Assembly (NCBI GenBank): GCA_965649765.1
Contig: OZ287749.1
Span: 66,526,001-66,590,000 of the forward strand
DNA from: Bispira polyomma
Taxonomy: Eukaryota
Reading direction: 5' to 3'
DNA length: 64,000 nt
Shown: positions 12,506 to 27,445 of the stretch, one piece after another
Numbering within the stretch: position 1 is the first letter of the stretch
Layout of the letters: each line of letters starts with the position of its first letter
Made by a program: the position numbers and the translations under genes
Notes under the pieces: model-generated
The model's input: the letters and a program-made list of their open reading frames with translations, nothing else
The model's database searches: none
Told to the model about the DNA's origin: nothing

Positions 12506-13979
12506 TTATTATAAGGACTAATTCTTTAAATAATGATGAGGGTGGCAATAATACCCTTTTATGGTAAAATAGGTGACAACTTCTTTAATATCAACTGCAT
12601 TTTTGACGCCGCTTGATTGTTCTTTCACCTTAAAGTTTATCTTAAATGTAACTCCTATACGGGTCTTAACATGAGCAGTAAGAAAACAATGAGAAAGAAA
12701 ATTAATACATATTTACCAATATTAAAATGACAAAAAAACGTTGCAAATTTTCTTACTGCATCTAATGCTCACTGAATGAAACAGTAGTTGCAACTCGCTC
12801 TGCTATTCAAATGAATTAATAAAGTGAGAAACAAAATCAGTTTTAAAAATGAAGTGACCAAAAACTGTGACTTACTCCATTCACGACAATTACAGGAAGT
12901 TAGGGTTATGGTCAACAAATACACTTTTATTGAACCTACCTATATCTTCCTGGTGCAAAGGACATTAAATCAGCTGCCATGCTTATTATCAAGAAAAAGG
13001 TTAACTACAAACCGGATGGTGTGTGTTTTTTATTTGTTTGTGTGTTTTCTTTCCAGGGTCAAGCATGGCTCACATTAAACGAGTCACTGAAGTGCAGAGC
13101 AATCCTTAACATTCATCAATATTAATATAGATGAGAATATGGCGTGCGGGTTTGCTCAACCCAAGGGACAGAATGTAACCAGAAGTTTTTGGCTTGGCCT
13201 TGATTTTGAATATTGAGTTTAAGTCACAACTTTCCATATGCCACAATTTATTGAATTAGTTCTACATCATCTCGAAGTTGAAGACAATCTGTATAATTTT
13301 CAAAATTGTAAGTCTGAACAAAATTAAAGTTAATTCTGTACCTCATGCCAATCTCAATGTTCGCTCATGCAAAGTTCAGACTTAAGTCTATAGAAAAACC
13401 TTCTTAAACTAAAGTTAAGTTTTCGTTTAATTTCTTTTATGTGACACTGATCTCTTGAGATTCAATATAATGTAAAAACAGATTGCTGACTGTAATATGT
13501 TGGTATTTTATACAGGCATACCTCCGCAAAGATGCCACAGTGTCCAAAATGGAATGTGCAATAATGTGAGAGAAAATAAATCATACAACAACCTTTCTAC
13601 CCTGATCCATTCCAGAATGTCATGGATTACTCCTTGGTTCATGTTCCATCTAGTCACCAACAATTTCTATTTTGTGTGAATTGGTCCAGTGTAATCCTGG
13701 TTAAAATAGAGAAACCATTCCAGGCAAAAAACATCAACCTTATTCTAGTTACAAGTGAACTAAATGAACTATCAAGGGTTGTATTCACAAACATTCTTAG
13801 AATACAATTTTTAGCATTTTCTTAGTTTCAGCCAATCGGACTCTTTGAAACTATCGTTTCAGCCAATAAAATTGGTTGAGATAAAAATTAGAATATCAGC
13901 CTTGGTTATGTCACTTTGTCAACTAGCACTACATCTTAAATGCCAAGAACTAATTTTACAATGAAGACTTGGCAAATGG

Positions 13980-14167
13980 CTTTGAAACTAGATTTTATGG
14001 TTCTATTTTTCAATTTTTTTGTGACACTATGATGAATATTAAAGTTATTACTGCTGAAACCAAAAAATAACACTTTGAAACTAGATTTTATGGTTCTATT
14101 TTTCAATTTTTTTGTGACACTATGATGAATATTAAAGTTATTACTGCTGAAACCAAAAAATAACACT
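13980..14167. repeat. 93-bp perfect tandem duplication
   Basis: Two identical copies, visible as a 31-aa repeat in ORF 13936-14166. Confidence 0.92.
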
Positions 14168-15259
14168 TTCTCAGTTTAGGAAGAAATACATTTGATAATA
14201 AAACCCAAGCCGTATGCATTGCTATTGAACTGTCACTACATTATTTTCTAATAATTTAGGATTAGAAAATAATGTAGTTGTAGCATATTTTTTACAATTT
14301 AATAAAGTAAATATTTAAAGATACATTCTTAATTTAATTTCAATTTTCATTCGAAAATGTTGTTTCAGTTAGGTTGGGTTTTATAATAAAGACTTAAAGG
14401 CCCTCGTAATCGTTTAAGTTTACATAATGTAGTGCCACTTGGTGTTTATCTACATACTAATACTATTTAGATACTCAATCAACAAAAAACAAAATAATTC
14501 TCCCATGGCCATATTTGCAAAAGGGCTGAGAAGTGATTATGTCTCAAATCTAGCACAAAAATATCCCCGGATGTACCTGATATAAATAGCTTTTACATTA
14601 GCCTGCTCAAAGTGGTTTATTTAAGATACACAGAAACTATACAAAACCACTGAACCAATTTATGGAGGGATAGACCAACTGCATGTTGAACCTGGTTCCA
14701 GTAGAAGGACATGATTTTTACCTTCTGCCACTGTTGCACTCTGGCGGAGGTATGCTCTCTGCTGAGTATTATGCCTGCCATCTTCAATGAATGAAAATGT
14801 TCTTTTCCAAATTTAAATTATTCTTTAAATAATATTAAGATAGATCTATTGAAAGAAAGAATATGTGAAGACATTTGAATCTATTGTGTTGAAGACTAGG
14901 TATTGATAGGAGTGACATATTTAAAGGCTTTATAAAGCGAGCAATCCGAATTGTCTTTAAAGTCAGTGTAGCTACACAACAGAAGTATTTATATTTTGAA
15001 ATAAGTTGGAGTTTATGTTGCTTTAAAGGCTTTACAGACCGCTAATGACATGACACTAGAATTTAATAGAAATAAGAGCACATATAGTGTTTATTCAGAC
15101 TGCCCCCAGCACGACTCTACACTACACTGCACAGCATGACACTATAATTTAACTTGCAGAAAACGTTGTGTCGTTGCATTGTCCTATATGTATTATGTAG
15201 TAAACGTATTGTGGGGGCTTTTCATCATAACGTGGTTTCCAAGGCACTGTCTTGATATG

Positions 15260-15895
15260 GTTTACTTCATATCTCCCGGACTGATTCCCAGCAATTGAAA
15301 TAGGTTCTGCTCTGTTAGGCTTACTTGTGTTGGAGTTCGGTGTATATCAGGGCTCAGTTTTCGGTTCAATTATATTTTCTTTATATGCAGCACCCTGAAT
15401 CGTACAAATCAATCAAGTATCAATTTTATGGTGATGATCCACAACTTTATGTTTATCTATCAAATAGAAATGCAACTTCTGTATTTAATAGCTTTGAAAA
15501 CTGCCTCAATGATGTTTACAAGTGGATGTTTGACAGTAAGTTGAAACTTAACCCGGATAAAACAGAATTCTTTCATTTTGGATCCAGGTCACAATGTGAG
15601 GGTTTGGCTGATAATTTCCCAGCCAATATTCTGGAAAACATGTTGCGCCCTGCTGATACTGCCAGAAACCTGGGTGTCACCTTTGACTCTGATTTCTCAT
15701 TTACTAAACATGTTTAATCTGTTTGTAGGGTTTGTTTTTCTAGTTGAGAGATCTAAGACAAGTTAGACGGTACATGTCTACCTGCACTGCAATCATGGTG
15801 ACAAATGCCATGGTTAGCAGTCGCCTTGATTTTTGTAACTATCTTTTCAGAGGTCTCACTGAGACTGACCTGTGCAAGTTGCAGTGTGTGCAATA
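15260..15895 (+). mobile_element. L2-clade LINE RT fragment
   Basis: YGDDPQLY, KLKLNPDKTEF, RNLGVTFDSDFSF and AMVSSRLDFCN, broken by stops and frameshifts. Confidence 0.9.
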
Positions 15896-16450
15896 CAGTT
15901 CAGTTATACAGTTTTGGCACGGTTAGTAATTAAAAACATGTTTGTAACTTAATTTTCCAAGCTTTCAGATAAATGTAAATTTTTTGAGGGGTTGTCTACC
16001 TGCTAAGTTAAAAATTAGCCTTATCAAAGAAGTCAAAATATATAATGAGCTTCTGTCATAATATTGGACCATGTTGACCTAGTGTTTAGAATCATTGCTC
16101 CACAAATCAATGGCTCTCTCATCTAAAGACATTGGTTTGAATGTAACTGGTTCCTAAGTATGTCTGGTTCTAACATGTCCATTATTACATGCAGATTACT
16201 CCCCGATATTACTGTAACATAAAAGTTCTATCCCGGAAATACCAAGTACGAAAACTGTAAGCCACAGTATGAAGGTTCACAATAACTACATAGATAAATA
16301 GGTTCAGAAAATGCAGCATACAATATGTTACTAATAATGCCAGCTCATGACAAAGTTAATTAGTTACTATTGAGCACAAGAGACATAAAATACACTCATT
16401 CTGCAGAGATTATATAGATAAGTTGTTTGTTGTTTGACAAATCGAAAAAG

Positions 16451-16905
16451 CAGGAAATTGATGGCATCTGTTCTGCACAAAGAGATAGCTTGCCTGTTAT
16501 GTGTATTTGTAGCATGATGTTGAGTTTTAGTTTTCTATTTCTGATGTCAGCCAATAGTTTATTCTTAATTACCAATGTTTTTCTATTATATTTTTTATTC
16601 AATAACCACATATCAAATGTATTTCTTTGATATTATTACTGGGAAATATAAAAACTACTACTACTTAATTTAAACTGCAGGAAATGAATGTCATCTGTTC
16701 TGCACAAAGACAAGGCTTGCCTAATATATATGTACTTGTAGCATGATGTTGATTTCTAGTTTCTTTTTCTGATGTCAGTCAATAGTTTATTCTCAAGTAA
16801 CAATGTTTTCCTATATTATTTTAAATGCAGTAACCAGATAGCAACTGTATTTCTTTGATACTATCACAGGGTAAAGTAAAAACTACTACTACTAGATTTA
16901 AACAA
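16451..16905. repeat. ~227-bp diverged tandem duplication
   Basis: caggaaat...catctgttctgcacaaaga...aaaactactactact occurs twice. Confidence 0.85.
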
Positions 16906-19099
16906 CTAGATAATTTTTGCAGTCATCACTCATCAAAGCAACTCTCGTCTGTTTGGGCCAAAAATAATACCTGTTTCCAAAGCTTTCTGTGTCACAGACA
17001 TCTATCTATTCAGGTCATGGATGTGATATGGAACAACAAATACCAGCAAGTACTCTGTTACCAATAATTCATAGCCACATATCATGGCTTGCATCCATAT
17101 TGCTTCATCATTTGTACTAAGTACAGATTATTAGTTTCCTTGACTTCTATTATTTTGCCAAACTACTTTAGTGTCTCAGTAAGTCACTATTTAACATATA
17201 CTCCCTTTTTTTGTTCTATTGAAAATAAACGAAATATTAACTTCGGAAAGGACACTGGTACACTTAAATTTAAAACTTATAGATACAATGTTGTTATGCC
17301 ACACCTCATTCATATCAGAACTATTTCTGCAGTGAACTAAATAGACCAACCCATTGGAGAAAAAATTTGGTGTTAATTTGTCTTCCTTCCTGGCCCAGGG
17401 GTCAAATACAAGATGAATACCAGTAACACTTGCACTGTGATAAGCAACATGTTTCAACCGCAACACTTTTATTTAGAAGCTTTTGAACATTATTACTTAA
17501 TATAGAGTATCCACTACCAAGTACGAGGTTTTTTGTAATTCTTAGACTGAAAACGAATTCAGCTAAACAAGTTTGCATTTCATAGCCAATTCTAATATAA
17601 GTGGATGTGTGACATTTGAATGGTGGTAAATAAGATGATATTAACATATAGACCACCTCTAAAATTAATAAATGAGCAAATATTGAAAAAGCTTACAGAG
17701 AATAGTTCCATATCTTTTACTATCCAAGGGTTTTTACTAATTGGCCATTAATGGCTGTGAGGACATGGTCATATCTCTTTGTTAGGCTGAGTGCAGATGT
17801 ACTGACAAATGTTGTCCTTAACTCAACTAAAAGCGTACATAGTTCATCGGTTGTCGAAATATTCGTTCATGAGTACAGTTGTGCAACATTATGATCTGAT
17901 CTCACTTCTACCTCACTTTGACTTTGCACTTATGACCCGTAGATTACCTATGGGAAGCTATACTTCACAAACAGTGGGAGTATTCTTAAAAAGTGGAAAT
18001 TCATGATGGCATTTGACCTCAGGGAAATGCCTTTGACCAAGAAGTCCTTATTTGAACAAAATTTCAGAAAGAGCATATCACAGAAAGATTGTATGCAGCA
18101 AAATTTATGACCTTAGCATCAAAGTCATGCGTGCACTATATCTCAGTCACTACTTATGTTGCTACATATTCTCATCAGAGTGCAGCTGTACAATCTTTGG
18201 TCTGACCTCTAATTTGACCTTTGACATTGGGTTTTTATTTTTAGCCTAAAATTTAATCCGACTATTGTTCAGTAAGTCATCACAAGAAGTTTATATTTGC
18301 TCAAAATATTCATTCTAGCTACAGTTGTCCAATGTGGTCTGGCCTTACCTTGACCTTGTGTTGATGAATTTGACCTAAAAATCTTTGTTTGAATCATATA
18401 TCAGCAACTATTCATGTGTTTGAATCATATATCAGCAACTATTCATGTGTAAACTGTACATGTACAAACTGACGGCCTAGCCTTTTGCCACATTACCATG
18501 TTTACCACCACACTAATACCGTTCACACAACTATACAATCATACGCCAATCTCCAGAGTATCCATTCAGTTATTCCACGTGTGCTTTTATTGCTCAATAA
18601 TATACACAAAATGTGGGTCAAATGGTCTATTAGTCTCCGTAGACTCGTTACAGATAATACAAAGTCAGACAATGTTGTATGAAGATATTTCCTGGCTGCT
18701 TTGCTCCTCAGGGACTTGTAAAAAAACTGGAATGGTCTTATTGAAAAAATAAATCTTGCAGTTGTTGGAGCCTATCTTAGGATTTAGCCCATCTTAAGAT
18801 GAACTATTCAATTTGTTTTACACTTAAGCCCATCTTAAGATGGTCTAAGTGAAAGAGTGATAACTACTTCATTTTGAATCTTTATTTGAAACATTGTCTA
18901 TTAAGGTATTAACATTTGAAACATAAAATGAAACATATGACTATTCAAGGTCATACTTCCACTGTTACACAGTGGAGTGTATTACTCATAAGAGCCTTTT
19001 TCTGCATCAATTGTTTGGCTAGATTTTAGGAGTGCTTTATCATAAAATATGTTCTGATACTCTCACCTAGCTAGGGTTTTTACAGCATGGCCTTTTACG

Positions 19100-19270
19100 T
19101 TTTAGTCTTGGTGGTATTATACTCGCCCTCCACCTTTGCCATCATGGGTTTTAATCTTGACCCTGGCGTGTATGTGGAAAAGTTGACAGTACACCTGTCG
19201 AAGGCCGGTGGACCCTATTCTAATTTTCTTCACAAATTGGCTGTTGAACGTACCATTTAAACCCAAACTA
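19100..19270 (+). mobile_element. Degenerate SINE of the same superfamily
   Basis: tatgtggaaaagttgacagt...ggccggtgg followed by tail ttaaacccaaactaaa. Confidence 0.5.
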
Positions 19271-19680
19271 AATACTTATAACTTTCAGAAGAACTTGACA
19301 TATTTAGGCACATTTATTTAGGTTACATTTACAAATGTCCCCATTTCTAGAATTCTGTCTGAACATTGCAGCAAAACTAATTTGCATTATTTTCATATTT
19401 GTATCAGACAATGCTTTTTAAAAAGAGAAAAAAAGCCCACATTTCTAGGTTTATAGGTCAACAGAGGACAGAGTCCCTATAAACGAACTAGGAGAATCTG
19501 TGGGTTTTTTTACTGCACAAGTCATTCAGAATTTGTATGCTCTGTTTAGAGTCTTTAGAGAGATAGAGAAGATTGGCTAACAATGGTAATGTTTTATTGA
19601 GTAACAGGGTACACACACAGAATAAGTAAATGTTTCCTCTGGGATTTACTGAAAAAGATGAACCAGTGTGTGGCCTTTAA

Positions 19681-20355
19681 TGCCTCAGTCCCACCAGATT
19701 TATGTTAGCCTATGTTAACCATGCAAGGCTGTTGCAAATATTTAATGCAAAAGTACATGCAGAAGTCGATTTATATTTTATTATTAAGTCAGGGGCATTA
19801 AATTACGCAGAGATCCACGTATTTGTACGTCAATACCTGTTGAGATTCGCAGCTGATGCAACAATTAACGTAAAATTAGGTATTAGGTGGCACTCATCTG
19901 TACGCAAAGACACGCAAATACACGTTGAAGGCCATAATATTACCTTTAAGTTAAGCCACGTAATTCATAACATTATTTGTAGGTTCGTCCATGTAATCTT
20001 ATGTAAGGCGGTGTTTTTAATGTTGATATAGGTAACACTACGTCAATTTCTATGTATTCTTATGTTGTATTACGTGTATTATGTTAACATTTGTTTGGCT
20101 ACATCAAACCATGTTATACTATGCCACCTCTCGCAAAGCTCTCGCAAATATTACATTAAACCCCATATCAATCTTATGTGGTTTGTGTGTCCAAATTTCA
20201 AATGGTTCGAAATTATAAATTTCTTGCATGTCATCTCTCACGTTAGGTTATGTATGTTCATTTATATTTCGTCAGCTCCGGCAAGCACCACGCAAACCCC
20301 ATGCAAATTGATTTTTGTAACGACTGCTTACGTGAAGGCCGATGGGACTGGGGCA
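19681..20355. mobile_element. Harbinger-like MITE, copy A
   Basis: TIR tgcc.cagtccca; flanks TAA/TTA. Confidence 0.75.
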
Positions 20356-20552
20356 TTAGGCAGACATTTGTTGTTCCTTTGTGCATGTGTAAAACACGAT
20401 CATGGTAAAGAAATGTACTCTACTTCTAGTTGAACTATTTTACAAAAACAATTTTTCTGTTGAGAAAAAAACAATTAAATATACAACAAGTATCATCAAA
20501 TCTCATCTGATGTTAATGCGACAGACTTATTAATTGCTTAATGAAACCTTTA

Positions 20553-21218
20553 TGTCCTGGTCCCACCAGCCGTCACGTTTGTTGTCGTTAGAAAATTAAT
20601 TTGTGTAGTTTTTGCGTGGTATTTGCGGGAGCTGATGTGATATACATAAGCATACATAACCTGGTGTGAGAGATGTCACGCAAGGAATTTATAATTTCAA
20701 ACCGTTTGAAATTTGGACACGCAAAGGCTGCCAAAAGGTAACGTACCTAAACTTGCATTTTTGCATGAGTATTGCGACAGTTCGCGTAGTGTAATGGCTA
20801 TATACGTCACAATGGGTGAATGTGCGTCACTATGATGCAAAACTTGCAAGTTGACAGGAGAATATGTACATAAACGTGTATTGACGTACTTCTGTGACAG
20901 ATCAAGTAGAACTACTTGGATAAAATGTAGTAAATGACGAGGTTTAACATAAATTAATGCCCTTCAAAAAATTACGTCCTCTTACGTGTATTGGTGTACA
21001 TATACGTGCTATATGAGTGATAAAATACGTACTTTGACGTGCACTTAAGCATCCCCTGCTAGATCTTACAGGTTTTGACATACAAATACGTAAATTACTG
21101 ACTCCTTTCACGTGAAAAAAACGCAATATTTGGGTTTTGCATCAACTTTTGCAGCAACTATTTACACGGCCCTTGCGTGAAATACATAAAATAACGTACA
21201 TCCGGTGGGACCAGGCCA
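20553..21218. mobile_element. Harbinger-like MITE, copy B (inverted relative to A)
   Basis: TIR tg.cctggtcccacc with a TTA/TTA TSD. Its reverse complement aligns with copy A. Confidence 0.8.
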
Positions 21219-21394
21219 TTAAGTATGGCCATAAAACTGATTTAGGCCTAACAAGATTACATATTCTTAAAGTTCATGCTGGAAAGAAATTGTGTATCAA
21301 TCATTATGAAATATAGCTTAATTAATTAAATAGTGGAGAAATTCAGACCGCTGCATAAATGGCCCCTGGTTGTGAAATCATGGCATACCCATTG

Positions 21395-21630
21395 TGTAGA
21401 CTTAAAACCTAACACACTCACCTCCTGGCTTAATGGTCCTGGTTCAAATTTTGGCCAGCGTTTATGTGGAAAAATTAGCAGTTACATGCCAAAGGTTGAT
21501 GGTTTCCAGTGTATTATCTTGCCCATCTACTATAAACTGGTTTCCTCCAGCACAGAAATTGCAGGTTGCCACATGATCAGTACAATGTGTTGTTAAAAGC
21601 AGCGTTAAAACCAAAATCAAATCAAAATTA
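21395..21630 (+). mobile_element. Degenerate SINE of the same superfamily
   Basis: B-box-like ggttcaaatt, then tatgtggaaaa...ggtttcc...ggtttcctccagc and tail gcgttaaaaccaaaatcaaatcaaa. Confidence 0.65.
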
Positions 21631-24497
21631 AAACCTTCTCAAGTTTAGATTTATGTGTAGTTTAATTCCACTTTTTAGACAGATTATTTTGTGAAAGAAA
21701 TCCAAACCACCAGCCTTCACCAAAAAGCAAGAGCAGAACACAGGCTGCAGAGGTGGGAAGTAAGAGTGCTAGCTGTGTACACCAGCGAGCTCCTTGAAAA
21801 CCCTCTCAGGTAAGCTGGTCCTAGAAATCTGTAAAAATATAGCAACTAATCCTAAAAAAGGAAATAAAGAAATTGTATTATTATGGTGTAATATACAGTA
21901 TTTTTTATTGTGAATTCAACCTGGATGGTAAAGCTACAATTAGACCCTTAAAACATTATCATTCAAATGACATCCCTAGCACAATAAGCATTTCGAAGAA
22001 ACCTGCAAAGGCAAACGAAATTGTATTTGGTATAACAAAAAGTATATACCATGAAATAGTCGGCCACATTAATATAACTGACAATTTATCTTTTCAAAGT
22101 AATAAGAAACGAAACACTTTTTAAGCATCTGCAAGGCATGTATATATATTTTTTTTTCAACAAAACATTTCCATAGGTTTACAAGTCACTGTCTGACTTT
22201 GTATTATCTGTGGCTTGTGTACAGACTGCTGGGTGATTTGGACAAGATTTTAGACTAAGTGAATGGATACATAGGGATTTAGATACATAGGGATTTAGCT
22301 ACATAGGGATTTTCAGCTAGATGTGTCAAACCATAAAAACTACAGCCCTTAAGTAATATGAACAGGAAATGTGGAAAACTAAAAGTTCTTAGGACACTGA
22401 TTTGAGTAATTGGTTGAAATATTGAACTGATACAATATGTCCACATAATTAATACAAGCAAATAAGTAGGATCTGTATACATGTATGTATGTATTAGAGA
22501 AAAACAACAACAGGATCTATAATTATATATAAAAATATTAACAAATTATAGTCAGAAATATATTTAGAACAGAAAATCAATTATCTTTATATGGCTACAT
22601 TTTAAGCATCAGTAATAATTAAAACAGGAAATGAATGAGAATGAAAACATATTTTTTGAAACTTTAATAATGGTGTATTGGCATGAAACAGTTAATAATT
22701 GATATATTAAATTAATATTATTAAGAAGTAATTGTTACTGGTGATAGCAACCATTATCTACAATTATTTTACAGATTCCTCTCATTAAAATACTCAATTG
22801 AACCAATAACTGTATATCTCCAAACACTTGCGACAGCAGTTGGCATGATTAGCTTCTTCTTTTATGTGTGGGAGTTACTCCTGAACATTACCTTACTCCT
22901 AGAAGTTTCAGATCAACATAAAAAATGAGAGCTATTAACACAATACCATAATAGTAAGGCATCAATTTAGGGGTGGCAATGTGCTCAGTTATAATATTAA
23001 TAATAAGATTCTGGCAATTTGATATTGCAGAAGATTAAAAGAACTCATCCTGTCCAAGGTAAAATTTCTTAAGTGTGAATGTATTACATGTACATGAATG
23101 AATTTGATCTATTTCTTATCCTGTTTTAAATCTAACTCTGCAATATCAAGACATTTTGGACCAAATCACCAACAACAAACATTTCAGAAGATAAGTAACA
23201 TTTAGACAGAAGGTATTAAATATGAAATATAACATGAAATATATCAAAAAATAGCGCCCCAAGAAACATTAGACCTCATCAACTTTTCTTAAAATACATT
23301 CCTCATCAGTTAAAAAGGCATCTGTTAAGTATTGCAATGTTTATAGTATAATTATAGTTTTAAGTCATACTACAGTTAAATTATTTGTTGACAGAGTAAC
23401 AAACATTCCAAAATGCTATGTGGTTTAATTTATAAGCTCTATCATATGATAATGTACTTAAAATAATTATATGCTTGTCATAATGTGTATTTATGATTGT
23501 TTGATCAAGTAATATACTATAAAACAAAAATTCAAAAAAAATTCAAATAGTATTCTGGAATAAAGAAATAACTGTACCCAATTTTCTTTATTAACTGGAT
23601 ACACAGTAAATATATATTTATGCACACTTTTAGATAACATATCCGAAGACCCCAAAATATTACTCCATTATATCTTTCCCTGACCTATTTTGTAACAGAG
23701 CTGTTTTTCATTGTTATTGAATCTTGAGAATGGTAATGGGGAAAATGATAAGAAAAATGTACAATTTTTATTTTGAACAAACCCCTTTAAAACTGGTGCA
23801 TAGACAAGGCCACTAAAAGCCCACCCACCCCCCCCCCCCCCACCCCCTTGTTAACAGTGTGGATAAAGTAGAAAGTTTACTACATCAGTGAAATAAGGTA
23901 AAACGAGTGCAGCAGAAAAAAGTTTGTTCTAGCCTTCCTGAGTAAATCAGTTATTTATGGTTGAAATAAAACATGGAGTTAGGTTTAAGGTGTTCAACAA
24001 TCCTATAAATCTAATGAGTTTTTTGGAGGTGGTTTTTTGTTGTTGAGAAACTGCAACGGTTTTATAAGCTCATAGAATAGTGAAACTACACGAGCAACTA
24101 ATTTATAGAACCGAAGAAGACAAAACATTACAAAACTAGAAATGTGTCCCTCGACACTGCAGATGTCCCCACAGGCCAGACATCAGTCAATGCAATTTAT
24201 GCTTACAAGATACATATCTTTCTATAGGGGCTTTACCAAAAAGGCTTTTGATGTATGGATATGAAAATGGCAGATTGTCAGACATAATAAATTCAAAGAA
24301 GTGGCTACAGATTTTTTTTTATAATTGTCAAGTCGATATATATTAGTAATATTAACCACATATGAACAACAAAGGTCAAGGCTCTAAAATGAAATGGTAA
24401 AGTAGATATCGAGCAAAAAAATAGAAATTAGAACCTTGAAACATATCTGGTACATGGTGTATAACCTTAGTAGTAAGCACTATTATCGATTTTCTAA

Positions 24498-25144
24498 TGG
24501 CCTAGTCACACCTACACGTGTTAACGTCCCCCAACGTACCTAAGCAATATACACTGAAAACGTGGTAGTTTGTGTCAAAGTGACGTCATTCTATCAAAGG
24601 GGGAGTCGATTGTGACGTATTTGTGACGTTTTGTGACGATGGTGGTACTTATACACACGAAGCGGGGGCAAAAATGAAACACTTTACTGGTAGGATATCA
24701 CTACCTATTAGTACCTACTACTACGTAGATGTACTATACTGCTACTTACTGGTGTGTTCTGTTGTCTTCTGCTACTTTGTGAAACATTTTTGACTAACCG
24801 AGACAAATTTGAATTGGGATATTTAACGTCCACTCTAGGGACGGGTAGTTGGAAATGCTGGAGGAAACACTGCATACAGTTGATTAAGGTTCTGCACTGA
24901 AACCAGCGGCCCACAGTAAGGAACTACCACCTTTCCCACATAGGCATGGTAAAGCTATATATATATATATTAGCATAGGCGAAGACGTTTCAGGAACGAT
25001 ATAATCCGTTAAGCAACGTCCGGGAACGAACGCATCAGGGATCCTCACTTTTGCATTACCTTCTACTCCGTCTGAACTACGTTTTTTAACAATTGAAAAC
25101 GTCACACACACGTAGCTCCAGCACGTATAGGTATGACCAGGCTT
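24498..25144. mobile_element. Harbinger-like MITE carrying a nested SINE
   Basis: TIR gcct.gtca.accta.acgtg with a TAA TSD at 24495-24497 and 25145-25147. Confidence 0.8.
24806..24950 (-). mobile_element. 5'-truncated copy of the 31963 SINE, nested in a MITE
   Basis: Close reverse complement of ~32055-32213 with a ~20-bp deletion. Confidence 0.88.
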
Positions 25145-25921
25145 TAACAAGTTTAATGATACACCTAGGAATATGTGTTAAAGATATTCAAAATGGTTGT
25201 TATTGAAAAACACCTTTCAGTTGGCCAGTTTAATTAGAAAAGATATTCGATTCTAGACATTAGAGCTATTTATCTGCCTGAAAAAATTTCATTCCATTTG
25301 GTGCAGTAGTTTCTGCGAAAACTAAGTGAAAAACAGATGTAGCCAAATTTCTTTTGTTTTTGGTTATGTTACCTTGAGAAAGATTAAAATTAGGCTAATG
25401 AACAAGTTTACTCAGGTGTGATGTAAAGGTATGACAATAATAAAAAAAGAATTGTTATTTGAGGAAAAGATAAGCCGAGACATAGGAGCTCACTGCAAAG
25501 AAACCCTGTCTGAAAAATATTAGCGCCAGAAGGCATACTAACGCTCCCCTTAAAGAGTGCACTAAAGGGCACTATCTTATAAAGAGTAGAGAACTGTGAA
25601 GTAGTAAAAATGCTGTTTTTCTCTACTTTTTGCCAAAGACCCTAAACAAGATTAACAAGAGAAACACATGCCCTGTAGAAAACACAATGGCTGTTTTATA
25701 TTCTAACGAGGACCTAGAAAATGTATTTGTCAACCAGATTCATTAGTAAATAAATGTAGGCAAAAAAGAGAAAGGCCATATAAATAATAATACTGTAACA
25801 ATATGTGACACTTTGACACAGTTATTACATTGCCTACAGTAACATTATTTTCCACATTTATGAGTCCAATAACGTGCAGAGTTGAATTTTGTTGTGTCTT
25901 AAGTCGTTTTTAACAGTTTAA

Positions 25922-26502
25922 GGCCTGGTCTTATTCAGATATGTTTCCATGACCCTTCGTAGCAGCCGGTTATGCCCCATATCTAGCGTTACGCAACAAA
26001 CGCATACCCCCTCACCTTCCAAAAATCCCCCCAAAGCCGAAGGTCAGGCAAGTTTAAAACTGAAACTGTGACGGCCTAACTGTTATGTGAGGAATTATTT
26101 ACAATATAAGGAGGAAGTTAAGTGGGGTACCCATCTATTAACTTAAATATCAAAGCCGTTTCTTGACGGATTTTGGTGGGAACAAAAGGCACAGTAATCA
26201 CGATAAAATAACCTTTCTGGTGCCATTTTCAACGTCAATATCCGATGAATATTGAGTATATATAGTATGAAAACTATACCTATTACAGTGTTTTCTGCCC
26301 ATTTTTGTTACAAAATCGAACAGTCCTCCCATTTTTCCCTCCCTGGGAGATAAAATGTGTTGGCCAAACAGACGTCGGCCAACGTCTGATCGGATCTGAT
26401 GCAAATATGCTGAAAGGAAGCACTTGCATGGTTGCATTATATAGGTAGCAATAAAATCGGCCGACCTCGGCCGAGAAAAACAAGCTGAAAAGAAGCGTAG
26501 CC
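25922..26502. mobile_element. Harbinger-like MITE related to 43515-43849
   Basis: 26350-26502 aligns with 43700-43849. Left boundary uncertain. Confidence 0.6.
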
Positions 26503-27279
26503 TAACTTGCAGAGAAGAGTCACACATATACACGTACTGTCTCTATAGGTGACTTAACATTTTGCCATTTACATCGCCCATAGAAGAGACAGACAATCTA
26601 TAAAATAAAAATCACAACACTGTTTTTTTTTGGGCAGTGGGGAAGGGTTGTTTTAAAAACCTGTTGGTAGTCCCCGGAAACAAAAACAAGGGACATCTCT
26701 TTTATAGTACTGGTGACGTTTTTATGAAGCCATTTAATCTGCGGGGGATAATTAAATTAAACCCTTTGGGGTACAACGAAAAAGCCACCTTTGCAATGGT
26801 TTAATGGATTGTGTAGCGTGTATTTGTTTGCCATAAAAATTTTATTTTCAGGGTTAAAATACTTCAATATTAGTATAGAATTTGAGAATCTTCAATATAT
26901 AAACTACAACTTCATCTCATTGTGTATATATTATCAACATAGCATTCCAAAATATCTAAATTTGAATTTCAAGTTGGGCTTATTGTGTACATGATATCAA
27001 TCTACCATTTCAGAATCTCCAATGTAAGCTACATTGTAAGTTTTCCAATTGAAAAAGTATGGACCAGTCCCCAACCCCAGCTTTGTCTCTAAACTGATTG
27101 ATAAAGCTGTCACCAAACAAAACTCCCACCACTTGATAACACAAAATTTTGCACAGTTATCTTCAGTGTGACCTAGATTATTTGTATCTATCTTCATCTA
27201 GTATTCAGAGTGCTAATTAACCATTTCCTGACTGCGACAGTCAACTGCCTCAGTTACTGTCATTCCCCTAAGTGAAGAG

Positions 27280-27445
27280 AGAGGCTTGAGGATGACCATT
27301 TATCAACGTCCCCAATGATCTTTAGCCTGCCACTGGGGAGAGGACCTAGTGACAGAGGACCGCCATTTAAAGTGATCATCCGTGCCACTAGGCAAATATG
27401 TGTATACACATCTTGCCCAAGGATGTTATCCAATCAATGAAACAA
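27280..27445 (-). mobile_element. SINE fragment with a Meta/MESC-like core
   Basis: Reverse complement tagtggcacggatgatcactttaaatggcggtcc...ggcaggctaaagatc. Related copies at 40865-40978 and 44533-44620. Confidence 0.65.

Noticed and set aside
26960-27150. Innexin-like GDWSILFQL string on the minus strand
   Set aside because: A single short motif amid stops with no other support.
27300-27395. Self-cleaving ribozyme
   Set aside because: No CUGANGA/GAAA core with supporting stems; better explained as a SINE core.
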